Source of the DNA: an uncultured Actinomycetes bacterium
GTDB lineage: Bacteria > Actinomycetota > Thermoleophilia > UBA2241
Assembly: GCA_963709345.1 (NCBI GenBank)
Contig: CAVPVX010000007.1
Location: 352,001-416,000, forward strand
Direction: 5' to 3'
DNA: 64,000 nt
The notes below the pieces were generated by a model. That model saw nothing but the letters and a program-made list of their open reading frames with translations, made no database searches and was not told the DNA's origin. A program made the position numbers and the translations under genes. Shown one piece after another: positions 13,254-24,088 of the stretch. Every line of letters begins with the position of its first letter. Position 1 is the stretch's first letter.

Positions 13254-13709
13254 TCAGCTCTCCGCCTTCTTGGTGTCGACCGCCTTCTTGGCCTTGACCT
13301 CGATGCGTTGCGGTTTCTCCTCGTCGGCCTTCGGTACGGTCACCGTGAGGATTCCGTCGTCGTACCCTGCCTGGATCTCGCCGGCCTTGACGCCCTGCGG
13401 CAGCGCCAGACTGCGCTGGAAGCTGCCGAAGCGGCGCTCCACGCGGTAGTAGCGCTCGTCCTCGATCTCTTCCTCGAACTTGCGCTCGCCCTTGATGGTG
13501 AGCACGTTGTCCTCGACCTCGATCTCGATGTCGTCGGGGTCCATGCCGGCGAGCTCGGCCTTGAGGACGACGGCGCCCTTCCTGTCGAAGACATCGACCG
13601 CCGGCAGCCAGCTCTCCTGACGGCCCGACCAGACCTGGTCGACCAGCCGGTTGAACTGGTTCTGGACCTGGGTCATCTCGCGGAACGGATCCCATCTGAT
13701 GATCGCCAT
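13254..13709 (-). CDS. Hsp20/alpha-crystallin small heat-shock protein
   Basis: RWDPFREM, PAVDV, ERRFGSFQRSLALP, YDDGILTVTVPK, GGAGG RBS. Confidence 0.95.
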   Translation of the reverse strand: MAIIRWDPFREMTQVQNQFNRLVDQVWSGRQESWLPAVDVFDRKGAVVLKAELAGMDPDDIEIEVEDNVLTIKGERKFEEEIEDERYYRVERRFGSFQRSLALPQGVKAGEIQAGYDDGILTVTVPKADEEKPQRIEVKAKKAVDTKKAES

Positions 13710-13789
13710 GGTTGACACCTCCCTGTGGTGTGGTGGATGACGGCGGGCGGGCCCGGCGAAAGGCGTCGCCCGCCGTTGGCTCCTGTCTG

Positions 13790-15691
<1,902 letters not shown>

Positions 15692-15725
15692 GAAAGCTCC
15701 TCCCTGCAGGATTACTCTGATAGGA

Positions 15726-15758
15726 ATCATAAAAGTTGAGTCAGTACGTGTCAACTTT
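15726..15758 (-). promoter_or_regulatory. sigma-A promoter overlapped by HAIR operator (HspR site)
   Basis: TTGACA(15749-54)-17 nt-TATGAT(15726-31) on minus strand. Inverted repeat AAAGTTGAGT-N7-TGTCAACTTT resembles HAIR CTTGAGT-N7-ACTCAAG. Confidence 0.88.
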
Positions 15759-16007
15759 GTACCCGGGTCGCTCGCTGCCCAAACGCCCCTTTCGGACACC
15801 GGGCGGGGTGATCCTCGCGTCCCCGGCCGGCGAGATCGCGGTCCGGGCACTCAAGCGCGCTTGGCGCCGCCGCCGACAGGGACGCAACGCCGGCGGCGAT
15901 GCAACGCCGAGCGTGCGTTGCGCACAAGCGCGCGGCCGGTACTCTGCGGTTGAGGGAACTGGGGGTGGGGGCTGGAGGAGCGTGCGACGAGCGTCTACGT
16001 GACACGA

Positions 16008-16350
16008 CGTCACGTGCGTTGGCACACTCCAGATCCCGTAGACATCCACGGGTAAGCCGGGATACCCCGACGGCCGCCCGGCTTGCGGGCTACGTGCTCA
16101 CCGGCTACTTCAACACGTGTCGCCCGACAGCGGCATCGCACGGCCGGTCTACGAAGAGAGGGCCGAGACGGCGCGCTCCCGCACCCAGACGCTGGCGATC
16201 GCACGCAGCGAGGGTTGCGCCACGTGTCACGTGAGCAACCACTCACCCGTCAAGGTCAACCAGAAGATCAAGCACGAAGGCACCGTCGTGACCAGCTCCA
16301 TGGTCGCCGGCGCCGAGAAGGTGACCGTGTAGTGCAAGAAGGGCGGCGCC
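16008..16350 (+). pseudogene. Decayed fragment of a c-type cytochrome/secreted protein
   Basis: One frame contains CATCH (CxxCH) then SPVKVNQKIKHEGTV...KVTV*CKKGG, with two in-frame TAG stops and no good start. Confidence 0.4.
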
Positions 16351-16453
16351 CAACGGGCATGGCGGTTCGGTTGCCGATTCGGCTGCCGAAACCGCCAAGT
16401 CGTTGCCGAACCCTACACATCTCGCCGTTCAGCGGTTAGACTGTCGCGCACAC

Positions 16454-16612
16454 GCGCGGCGTGTGTCCGCGCTCAGGCAGTCCGCCGCGTCGTCGCCGGA
16501 CGCGACGTCCGGGAGCAGATCGCTCCCGAGTCTCAGGCGGACGAGACACGACTGTGAGATGATGCGCAGACTGACGTGACCTCGCCACGCTCTGAACGAG
16601 CACACGCCGCGC
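16454..16612 (+). ncRNA. Structured 5' leader, riboswitch candidate
   Basis: 12-bp closing stem 16454-65/16601-12, inner stems and three hairpins. TAGACT -10 at 16437-42, ~100 nt before the aminotransferase start. Confidence 0.5.
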
Positions 16613-16709
16613 CGCCCGCCCTACTTCACGGCGGCGCCGCCACCATTCCGTATCCCTGCCTCATCCTCTGGAGACCGAGGCGGGACGACTGCGAAGGAGA
16701 GTAACCCAC

Positions 16710-18089
16710 ATGGCAGAGTGCGTACCGAACCGCAAGCTCATTGCGGAACTCATGGAGAGAGAAGAGAAGCGGCTCGAGAAGGAGACGCCCAAGTCCTACG
16801 AGATCTACCAGCGCGCCATCAAATCGATGCCTATGGGCGTCGCGTCGTCGTATCAGGCCCGCGACCCTTACCCGGTCTACTTCACCCACGGCACGGGCCC
16901 GCACATCTGGACCGTCGAAGGCCGGGAGATCGCCGACTTCCACAACGGCTTCGGCTGCATGGTGCAGGGCCATGCGCATCCCGTCATCGTCGAGGCCATC
17001 CAGAAGCGCGCGCCGTTGGGCACGCAGTTCGCCCTGCCGACCGAAGACTCCGTCATCATGGCCGAGAACCTCGCCGGCGCCTTCAAGCTCCCCAAGTGGC
17101 GCTTCGTCAACTCGGGCTCCGAGGCCACGATGGACGCCATCCGCGTGGCGCGCGCGTTCACCGGCCGTGAACCGATCGTCAAGATGTTCGGCTCCTACCA
17201 CGGTCACCACGACTACGTCATGGTCAGCATCGGCGCCCTCGACTACGGCAAGATCGGCCCGCGCGACAACTATTGCTCGCTCCCCTACGGCGCCGGCATC
17301 CCGCAGAGCTCGATCGACCTCACCGTCGCGGTGCCCTTCAACGACATCGAGAACATCACCAAGCGCATCGAGCGCATGGTCGACGAAGGCAACCCGCCGG
17401 CCTGCGTCATCATGGAAGCCGCCATGATGAACCTCGGCGTCGTGCTGCCCGAGCCGGGCTTCCTCGAGGGCATCCGCAAGCTCACCAAGAAGCACGGCAT
17501 CGTCCTGATCTTCGACGACGTCAAGGTCGGCATCTGCACCGCCCGCGGCGGCTCGGTCGAGCGCTGGGGCGTCCTGCCCGACATGGTCACGCTCGGCAAG
17601 GCCCTCGCCGGCGGCACGCCGGCCGGCGCCATCGGCGGCAGCGACGAGGTCATGGCGATGGTCAACGACGGCACCGTCTTCCAGGTCGGTACCTACTCAG
17701 GCAACCCGCTCGCCATGGCGGCCGCACGCGCCAGCTTCGAGCAGGTCATGACGGATGACGCCTACAAGCACCTCAACCACCTGAACGACAAGATCATCGC
17801 CGGGTGCGACGCGGTCTGCACGAAGTACGACTTCCCCGGCTACACGGTCGGCATCTCGTCCAAGGGCTGCGTCAACTTCGCCCTCGACAAGATCACCGAC
17901 TACGAGTCGTTCATCAAGACCCAGGACCACGAGCTCGTCGCCTTGGCGTGGCTCTACAACATGAACCGCGGCATCATCATCGCCCCCGGCCGCGAGGAGG
18001 AGTGGACGCTCTCCATCACCCACACCGACGCTGACATCGATCTCTACATCAGCGCCTTCGAGGACCTCGTCCGCGACGTCACCGCCTGA
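16710..18089 (+). CDS. Class III PLP aminotransferase (GSA aminomutase-like)
   Basis: RFVNSGSEATMDAIRVAR, YHGHHD, LIFDDVK, PDMVTLGKALAGG, GTYSGNP, AAGGAG RBS. Substrate not assignable. Confidence 0.92.
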   Translation: MAECVPNRKLIAELMEREEKRLEKETPKSYEIYQRAIKSMPMGVASSYQARDPYPVYFTHGTGPHIWTVEGREIADFHNGFGCMVQGHAHPVIVEAIQKRAPLGTQFALPTEDSVIMAENLAGAFKLPKWRFVNSGSEATMDAIRVARAFTGREPIVKMFGSYHGHHDYVMVSIGALDYGKIGPRDNYCSLPYGAGIPQSSIDLTVAVPFNDIENITKRIERMVDEGNPPACVIMEAAMMNLGVVLPEPGFLEGIRKLTKKHGIVLIFDDVKVGICTARGGSVERWGVLPDMVTLGKALAGGTPAGAIGGSDEVMAMVNDGTVFQVGTYSGNPLAMAAARASFEQVMTDDAYKHLNHLNDKIIAGCDAVCTKYDFPGYTVGISSKGCVNFALDKITDYESFIKTQDHELVALAWLYNMNRGIIIAPGREEEWTLSITHTDADIDLYISAFEDLVRDVTA

Positions 18090-18145
18090 GCCGGAGACAC
18101 AGGGCCGGCCGCCGGGAGCGGGACCGGCTTCGCGCGCGAACGAAG

Positions 18146-18180
18146 AAGGGGCGGGCGGCCTTTCGGCCGCCCGCCCCTTT
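18146..18180. terminator. Bidirectional intrinsic terminator
   Basis: 15-bp perfect stem AAGGGGCGGGCGGCC-TTTC-GGCCGCCCGCCCCTT between convergent genes. Confidence 0.8.
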
Positions 18181-18225
18181 GCTTCCTCTCGCTCGCCGCA
18201 CCCGAACGCCGGTGCGGCACGCGGC

Positions 18226-19107
18226 TCAACCGGCGGTGTCGGCGCCCCAATCGATCTCCGGCTCCGAGAGCGGTGGGCGCTGCGGCTCACCTGGCCCGTC
18301 ACCGTCGGCGATATCGTCCAGAAGCTGGCTCACCTCGGCCCAGACGCTGTCGCGGTGAGCCTGCAGTTCGGCGGCGTCGTCGGCGCGGGACTGCCGCTCC
18401 GCCTTCACCAGCAGCACGCCGGCTTCAGCCAGCTTGCCGAGGATGCTCACGACGGTGATCTCCTCCAGACGGCTCTCGCGCGTGATCTGCTTGACGGTGC
18501 GCTGCCCGTCCACCTGCAGCAGCACCATGAACTCGTCGCGGCCCATCGGCAGCGGGTTGCGGGGCAGCGTGACGTAGTCGCCGTTGCGCACCAGCACCGT
18601 CGCCGGCTGCCCGAGCATCTCGACCGCCAGGCAGTATTCGCCGCCCAGCGCCGAAATGTCGAGCAGCACCGAGTGCGTGTCGACGGTGATGAAATCGACG
18701 GAATGCGGGTCGGGGTCGACGATGAAGACGAAGGTCCCCGATGTCTCGAGCTTGGCGGCAACGAGCGTGTTCGCGATCTGCCGCGACAGCACGTCGCGGA
18801 GCGCGTCCTCGGCGACGGCCCCTCCCTCTACCAGCAAGGACCCCACCGGCCTCGGCCGCGCCTCCTGCACGGTGAGCGCGGCGGCGAGTTGCGCCTCGTT
18901 CACAAGTGCGCGCTTGAGCAACTGGCTGCCGATCACGGTGTCGGCGACCACGCGGGTCGAGTCGCGAGTCTCCGCGATCCGCCCCCCGGCGAAGTGCACG
19001 TCGACGATGCGCTCCGGGCACTCGATGTGCAGCGTACCGGAGCGGCGCGTCCGCCCAAGCATCTGCAGGATGTCGACGATGCCGAAGGTATCAAGGGTGC
19101 CCCGCAT
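18226..19107 (-). CDS. DUF4388 (PatA-N-like) domain protein
   Basis: MRGTLDTFGIVDILQML...RSGTLHI, IGSQLL/VGSLLVE MshEN-like segments, C-terminal LLQVDGQRTVKQI winged helix. Confidence 0.8.
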   Translation of the reverse strand: MRGTLDTFGIVDILQMLGRTRRSGTLHIECPERIVDVHFAGGRIAETRDSTRVVADTVIGSQLLKRALVNEAQLAAALTVQEARPRPVGSLLVEGGAVAEDALRDVLSRQIANTLVAAKLETSGTFVFIVDPDPHSVDFITVDTHSVLLDISALGGEYCLAVEMLGQPATVLVRNGDYVTLPRNPLPMGRDEFMVLLQVDGQRTVKQITRESRLEEITVVSILGKLAEAGVLLVKAERQSRADDAAELQAHRDSVWAEVSQLLDDIADGDGPGEPQRPPLSEPEIDWGADTAG

Positions 19108-19135
19108 GGTGCGCCGAAGTCTATAATCGGAGCCG

Positions 19136-19789
19136 ATGAACGTCGACCTCCACACGCACACGTACCCGGCCTCCGACTGCTCCCGCATCGCCTACCGCGA
19201 CTACATCGCGTGGTGCGTAGCGCACGAGGTCGAGGCCGTCGCCCTGACCAACCACGGCGACGTGACGGACAACCTCAAGCTCGGTCCGGCCCTGGCCGCC
19301 GAGGGCGTGCTGCTGATCGACGGTGTCGAGATCAGCACGCTGTTCGGCGACTTCATCATCTTCTCGCCGGACCTGGACCTGCTGGCGACGTTCAGAGACG
19401 TGCAGGACGTCCCTCGCGACGGCGAGCTGCCCGGCGACGCAGCCGTCGTCTGGGTCCACCCCGGAGCCGGCGGAGGGCGCAGCGGCTCAGCCTACTACCC
19501 GGGCATCGATCGGATGGTCGCGGGTATCGTCGACGCCGTGGAGGTCTACAACGCCTCCTGGCTCGCCGACCGGTACGTCGCCGCGGCGGAGAGCCTGGCG
19601 GCGCAACTCGGGGCCGCGCGCACGGGCGGCAGCGACGCCCACGACGCGGCGCAGATCATGAAGTGCTACACGGAGCTGCCGGACCCCGTGCGATCCACCG
19701 CCGACGTCGTCGTCGCCATCAGGGCAGGCCGCACCACCCCTCACCGCAGCGAAGCCCCTGCGCGCAAGCGCCGGTTCGGACTCTTCTAG
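19136..19789 (+). CDS. PHP domain phosphoesterase
   Basis: DLHTHT, LTNH, GVEIST, VEVYN, GGSDAH. TATAAT at 19122. Confidence 0.88.
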   Translation: MNVDLHTHTYPASDCSRIAYRDYIAWCVAHEVEAVALTNHGDVTDNLKLGPALAAEGVLLIDGVEISTLFGDFIIFSPDLDLLATFRDVQDVPRDGELPGDAAVVWVHPGAGGGRSGSAYYPGIDRMVAGIVDAVEVYNASWLADRYVAAAESLAAQLGAARTGGSDAHDAAQIMKCYTELPDPVRSTADVVVAIRAGRTTPHRSEAPARKRRFGLF

Positions 19790-19797
19790 GAGGCGCC

Positions 19798-20190
19798 ATG
19801 TGGACGCTCCAGGTGCGCACGCACCGGCGTGTGACCTTCACCGACATCACCCATGACGTGGCGGCGCTGGTCCGCGACCGCGGCGACGGGCTCGTCACCG
19901 TCTTCGTGCCGCACACGACCGCCGGCGTCACCATCAACGAGAACGCCGACCCCTCGGTGCGGGACGACCTGGAGATGGCCCTGGACCGCCTCGTTCCGGC
20001 CGGACTGCCTTTCACTCACCTCGAGGGCAACAGCGACGCCCACACGAAGGCCAGCCTGATGGGCAGCAGCGTCTGCGTGCCGGTGCACAACGGGGCCCTG
20101 CAACTGGGCACGTGGCAGGGCATCTACTTCGCCGAGTTCGACGGACCGCGGAGCCGGCGGACCCTGGTGACCTTCACGGCGACGGCGTAG
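19798..20190 (+). CDS. yjbQ: YjbQ/UPF0047 family protein
   Basis: HTTAGVTINENADPSV, HLEGNSDAH, LGTWQGIYFAEFDGPR. Confidence 0.92.
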   Translation: MWTLQVRTHRRVTFTDITHDVAALVRDRGDGLVTVFVPHTTAGVTINENADPSVRDDLEMALDRLVPAGLPFTHLEGNSDAHTKASLMGSSVCVPVHNGALQLGTWQGIYFAEFDGPRSRRTLVTFTATA

Positions 20191-20206
20191 TCGCCGGCCG
20201 CGACCC

Positions 20207-21706
20207 TCAGCTCGCGAGCGACTGCTCGAAGAGGTGCCGCAGTGGGTCGGCGTTGAGCCGCCCGCCGTCGTGCCGCAGGAGCAGCCGCTCGGCCGTGAGC
20301 TCCTGCCCGCCGGACCACAGCTCGCGCAGCCAGTCGCCCGCCGCCGGTCTCGTGAACCAGGCGAACCCGAAACGGTCCTGGAGCATGAGGCGCAGCGCGC
20401 CCTCGAGCATCCAGGCGCGCAGGTAGCTCGCACAGTAGAAGCCGTCGTCGACGTCGACAAGGTAGTTCTGGGGCGGGACTTCCACCAGCGTCGCGTCGCT
20501 GAGCCGGCGACTGTACTCGGCAGCCATGGCGTCGAGGTCTCCGGTCTGCGCGTGCAGGGTCGTCTCGTAGGCGAGCTTCGCCGCGTAGCGGCGCATGAAG
20601 TACAGGTCGTTGACCGCCGCGAATCTGACGAACTCGTCGCTGTCTTCGTACCCGAGCATCTGCGTGAGCCACTCGCGGTTGAGGATGAGGTGGTCGAAGG
20701 TGAACGCGAACCCCTCGGTGACCGCGTTGTCACCGAGATGCCGGTACTCGAACGCGAGCTCGGGCCTGACGTGCGCGAAGTGCTCGGTGTGCCCGGCCTC
20801 GTGCAGCAGCGTCGCGTAGTCGTCCTGCCCCCCGCGCGGGAGCACGACAAGGTAGATTTCGCCGGGCACGCGCACGGGCGCGCAGAACGCTCGCGGCGAC
20901 TTGAGCTCGCGTACCTCGGTGTCGAGGTGGATGTTCGGCTGCGCGGCCAGGTCGATGCCCAGACCGCTGAGGGTCTTGCGCAGGGTCGGCACCAGCCCCT
21001 CCGCCGTGAAAGTGGCGTCGAAGCCTTCGGCGCGCCAGAGATAGGGCAGGTCCGCGAACTGGAGGTCCTCGAGACCGACCCCGAGACGCTCGCTCACCAG
21101 ACGGTCCATCGCCCGCTCATAGAGACCGGCGGTGTCGGAAAGGAATGCCTCGAGCTCGGCGCGCAGATGGTCGTAGTCCAGACCCCGGATCTCGGCGTAC
21201 AGCTCCTTGTAGTTCTTGTGCCCCAGCTCCGCGGCAAGCTCGTGGCAACGACGCCAGATGCGCTCGAGAAGAGGATTCAGCTTCTCGGCCGTCGCCGCGA
21301 GACGCGCCTCCTGGATGCGCCTCCGGCGTGCGGGGTCGTGCTCGTTCCCCTGGGCGACGCCCGCCTGCCGCAGACCGATGGTCTCGCCGCCGACATCGAT
21401 CTGCGCCGCCCCCTCAGTGTTGGCGAGCTCGTCGGCCAGATGCTTGGTCTGCTCGCCCATGAAGCCGTCGACGGCGAAAGCGAGCAGATACGCGAGGCGC
21501 AGCTTTGCGTCGCCGGTGGCCTCGCGGTAGAGGCCCTCGAGGCCTTCGATGCTCTCGCCTGTGAACAGCTCCGGATAGCGATCGTACACTGCCGCCGTGT
21601 CGCAGACAGGCTTGCGGCCGGAGAAGTGCTCGTAGTACTCGAGGTCGAGCGCGCCGACGAACTCCTCGGCGCGCCGCCGGTACCGGTGAAGATCGAGAAC
21701 GCCCAA
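20207..21706 (-). CDS. Zinc metallopeptidase, M3/M2-like
   Basis: KSPRAFCAPV, LLHEAGHTEH (HExxH), downstream NAVTEG. GGAAGGAGG RBS before TTG 21706. Confidence 0.75.
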   Translation of the reverse strand: MGVLDLHRYRRRAEEFVGALDLEYYEHFSGRKPVCDTAAVYDRYPELFTGESIEGLEGLYREATGDAKLRLAYLLAFAVDGFMGEQTKHLADELANTEGAAQIDVGGETIGLRQAGVAQGNEHDPARRRRIQEARLAATAEKLNPLLERIWRRCHELAAELGHKNYKELYAEIRGLDYDHLRAELEAFLSDTAGLYERAMDRLVSERLGVGLEDLQFADLPYLWRAEGFDATFTAEGLVPTLRKTLSGLGIDLAAQPNIHLDTEVRELKSPRAFCAPVRVPGEIYLVVLPRGGQDDYATLLHEAGHTEHFAHVRPELAFEYRHLGDNAVTEGFAFTFDHLILNREWLTQMLGYEDSDEFVRFAAVNDLYFMRRYAAKLAYETTLHAQTGDLDAMAAEYSRRLSDATLVEVPPQNYLVDVDDGFYCASYLRAWMLEGALRLMLQDRFGFAWFTRPAAGDWLRELWSGGQELTAERLLLRHDGGRLNADPLRHLFEQSLAS

Positions 21707-21855
21707 CGGACCCTCCTTCCGTCGGTGACGCCGAAGTGGCGACACCAGCCTCGACTCTACCAGCAGACGTCCCGCCTCACAGCCCGATCGAGGCCTCGCA
21801 GGGTGGACGATAGCCGACTCGCAGGCCACCCGGTGAACGAGTACACTCGCGCTTC

Positions 21856-23250
21856 ATGCCACCGCATCCCGGAGACACCGTACGCCTGGACGTGACCTCG
21901 CTCGCCTACGGCGGGCAGGGCATCGCGCGCCTGGACGACTTCGTCGTCTTCGTGCGCGGCGGCGTGCCGGGCGACACCGTGCTGGCACGTATCACGCGCC
22001 GCAAGAAGTCGCACGCCGAGGCGAGGGCGCTGGAGATCGTCTCGCCCTCGCCCGACCGCGTGCCCCCGCGCTGCGCCCACGCCGCCACCTGCGGCGGCTG
22101 CGAGTGGCAGACGCTCGCCTACTCGAAGCAGCTCCAGTTCAAGCAGCAGCAGGTGGTCGACTCGCTGGAGCGACTGGGGCACCTGAGCGGTTTCGAGCTC
22201 GACCCCATCCTCGGCATGGACGACCCGTGGCGCTACCGCAACAAGATGGAGTTCTCGTTCGGCGCATCCGAGAGCGGCGATCTCGTGCTTGGCCTGCACA
22301 AGCGCGGCTCGTGGCGCGAGGTCGTCGACATCATCGACTGCCGCCTCGCCTCCGAGCGCATGAACGCCGCGCGCCTGGCGGTAGCGCGGGCCTGCCGGTC
22401 GCTGGAGCTCGCGCCGCATGGGCGCGACCGCAACGACCCCGCGGGCCTCCTGCGCCACCTCGTGGTGCGCGAAGGGCGCAGCAGCGGTGACCTGCTGGTC
22501 AACCTGTTCGTCACCGGGCGCTTCCCCGAAGAGGACGACCTCGTCGAGCGCGTCGTCGCCGAGAGCGGCTGCACCTCGCTCCTCCTCACGGTCAACGACT
22601 CCCCGGCGGACGCGGCCGTGGGCGACGAGCCGCTGGCCCTGCACGGCGAACCCTTCCTCCGCGAACGCCTCGCCGGGTGCGACCTGCGCGTGCCGGCGAC
22701 GGCTTTTCTCCAGACCAACAGCGCGATGTGCGAGACGCTCTACGAGACGGCGCTCCACTACGCGGATGCGGACCCCGGCCGCCCTTCCGTCGACCTGTAC
22801 TGCGGCATCGGCTCGCTGACCCTTCCGCTGGCGCGCGCGTCCCGGGAAGTCCAGGCCGTGGAGATCCAGGAGGAGGCGATCGCCGCGGCGCGCGTGAACG
22901 CGGACCTCAACGCTGTCGCCGGCGTCGGCTTCCACGCCGCCGACGTGCGCCCGCTGCTGCGCTTCCCCCCGCACCCCGTACTGGACCACGAACGCGCGAC
23001 CGCGGAGGACCGCCCGGCGGTGGTGGTCACCGATCCGCCACGGGCAGGCATGGCCCGCAAGGCGCTGCAACGCTCGGCCGCGCTCGGCGCCGAGCGCTTC
23101 GTGTACGTGTCGTGCAACCCCACGACTCTGGCCGGCAACGCCGCCGAGCTGACGGAACTGGGGTACCGACTGACGAAGGTCGCGCCCGTCGACATGTTCC
23201 CGCACACCCACCACATCGAGACCGTGGCGCTCTTCACCCAGGACGCGTAG
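21856..23250 (+). CDS. rlmD: 23S rRNA m5U methyltransferase RlmD/TrmA family
   Basis: TRAM domain, CGGC Fe-S motif, YRNKMEF, FLQTN, DLYCGIG, DPPRAG, YVSCNP, DMFPHTHHIE. Confidence 0.93.
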   Translation: MPPHPGDTVRLDVTSLAYGGQGIARLDDFVVFVRGGVPGDTVLARITRRKKSHAEARALEIVSPSPDRVPPRCAHAATCGGCEWQTLAYSKQLQFKQQQVVDSLERLGHLSGFELDPILGMDDPWRYRNKMEFSFGASESGDLVLGLHKRGSWREVVDIIDCRLASERMNAARLAVARACRSLELAPHGRDRNDPAGLLRHLVVREGRSSGDLLVNLFVTGRFPEEDDLVERVVAESGCTSLLLTVNDSPADAAVGDEPLALHGEPFLRERLAGCDLRVPATAFLQTNSAMCETLYETALHYADADPGRPSVDLYCGIGSLTLPLARASREVQAVEIQEEAIAAARVNADLNAVAGVGFHAADVRPLLRFPPHPVLDHERATAEDRPAVVVTDPPRAGMARKALQRSAALGAERFVYVSCNPTTLAGNAAELTELGYRLTKVAPVDMFPHTHHIETVALFTQDA

Positions 23251-23298
23251 CCCCCGAGAAGGCGATGCAGGCGCCCGGCTCCCGGCGCGAGCGACTCG

Positions 23299-24042
23299 TC
23301 AGCCCCCACCGCGCGGCGTCGTCCTGCGACTCTCACGGATCCGCACCAGCAGCAGATCGGCGTTGACCGCGAGAAACGCCGCGGAGAGCAGAGGCAGAGC
23401 GGGCAACGCCGTCCACCACATCGCCACCGCGATCGTCCCGAGGAACGACCCCACCATGGCCACGGCGCTCCACCGCGCGCGCAGGCCGAACCGCTTGGCC
23501 GCCCCCAGATACAGGGCAAGGAAGATCACGTCGCTGACGCCGAGCCCCGTGAACGCCTCGGCGTACGTGTAGCCCGCCCACGTCACCACCACGGTGAAGT
23601 AGCCGACGACCACAGGGCCCTTTTCGAGGATCGCCTTCGTCGGCCCCGCCGCCACACTGACGATGTCCACCGCCGCGGACACGACGGCGACGATGACCAC
23701 CCAGCTCAAGCGCTCGAGCTCCTCCGCGATCCAGAGGCCGAGGGCGCCGGCGGCGACGACCTTGGCGACATTGGCCAGGGGGATCCAGCCGAGCCAGACG
23801 AAGAGGACGGCCAGCGGAAGCGCCGCCACGGTGATCAGCGGCAGGCGCCGGCCAAGCGCGCGAAGCGGCAGCATCCCCCACACCAGCAGTGCGGCGAGAG
23901 ACAGGACGACGGCCGCCGAGACCATGATGTCGAGACGCACGGGAAGCGCCGGGAGAGCGCTGCTCCCATACCCCCAGGCGAGGAGGAGCGCCCCGGCCAC
24001 GAACGCCGGCGCGCCGACCTTCGCTGAGGGGGAACGAGTCAC
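23299..24042 (-). CDS. Polytopic membrane protein, presenilin/SPP (A22)-like
   Basis: Many TM helices with AAVDIVSV, GLGVSD and LPALP in presenilin motif order. Confidence 0.65.
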   Translation of the reverse strand: MTRSPSAKVGAPAFVAGALLLAWGYGSSALPALPVRLDIMVSAAVVLSLAALLVWGMLPLRALGRRLPLITVAALPLAVLFVWLGWIPLANVAKVVAAGALGLWIAEELERLSWVVIVAVVSAAVDIVSVAAGPTKAILEKGPVVVGYFTVVVTWAGYTYAEAFTGLGVSDVIFLALYLGAAKRFGLRARWSAVAMVGSFLGTIAVAMWWTALPALPLLSAAFLAVNADLLLVRIRESRRTTPRGGG

Positions 24043-24088
24043 GGCCGGGCCCGCCGATCCCGCGGGCGGAAGCGGCGGGTCGCGCGAC

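Noticed and set aside
16470-16700. Glycine riboswitch call based on CUCAGG and CUCUGGAGA
   Set aside because: The GGAGA...CCGAAG...CUCUCAGG order of the aptamer is not present, so it is left unassigned.
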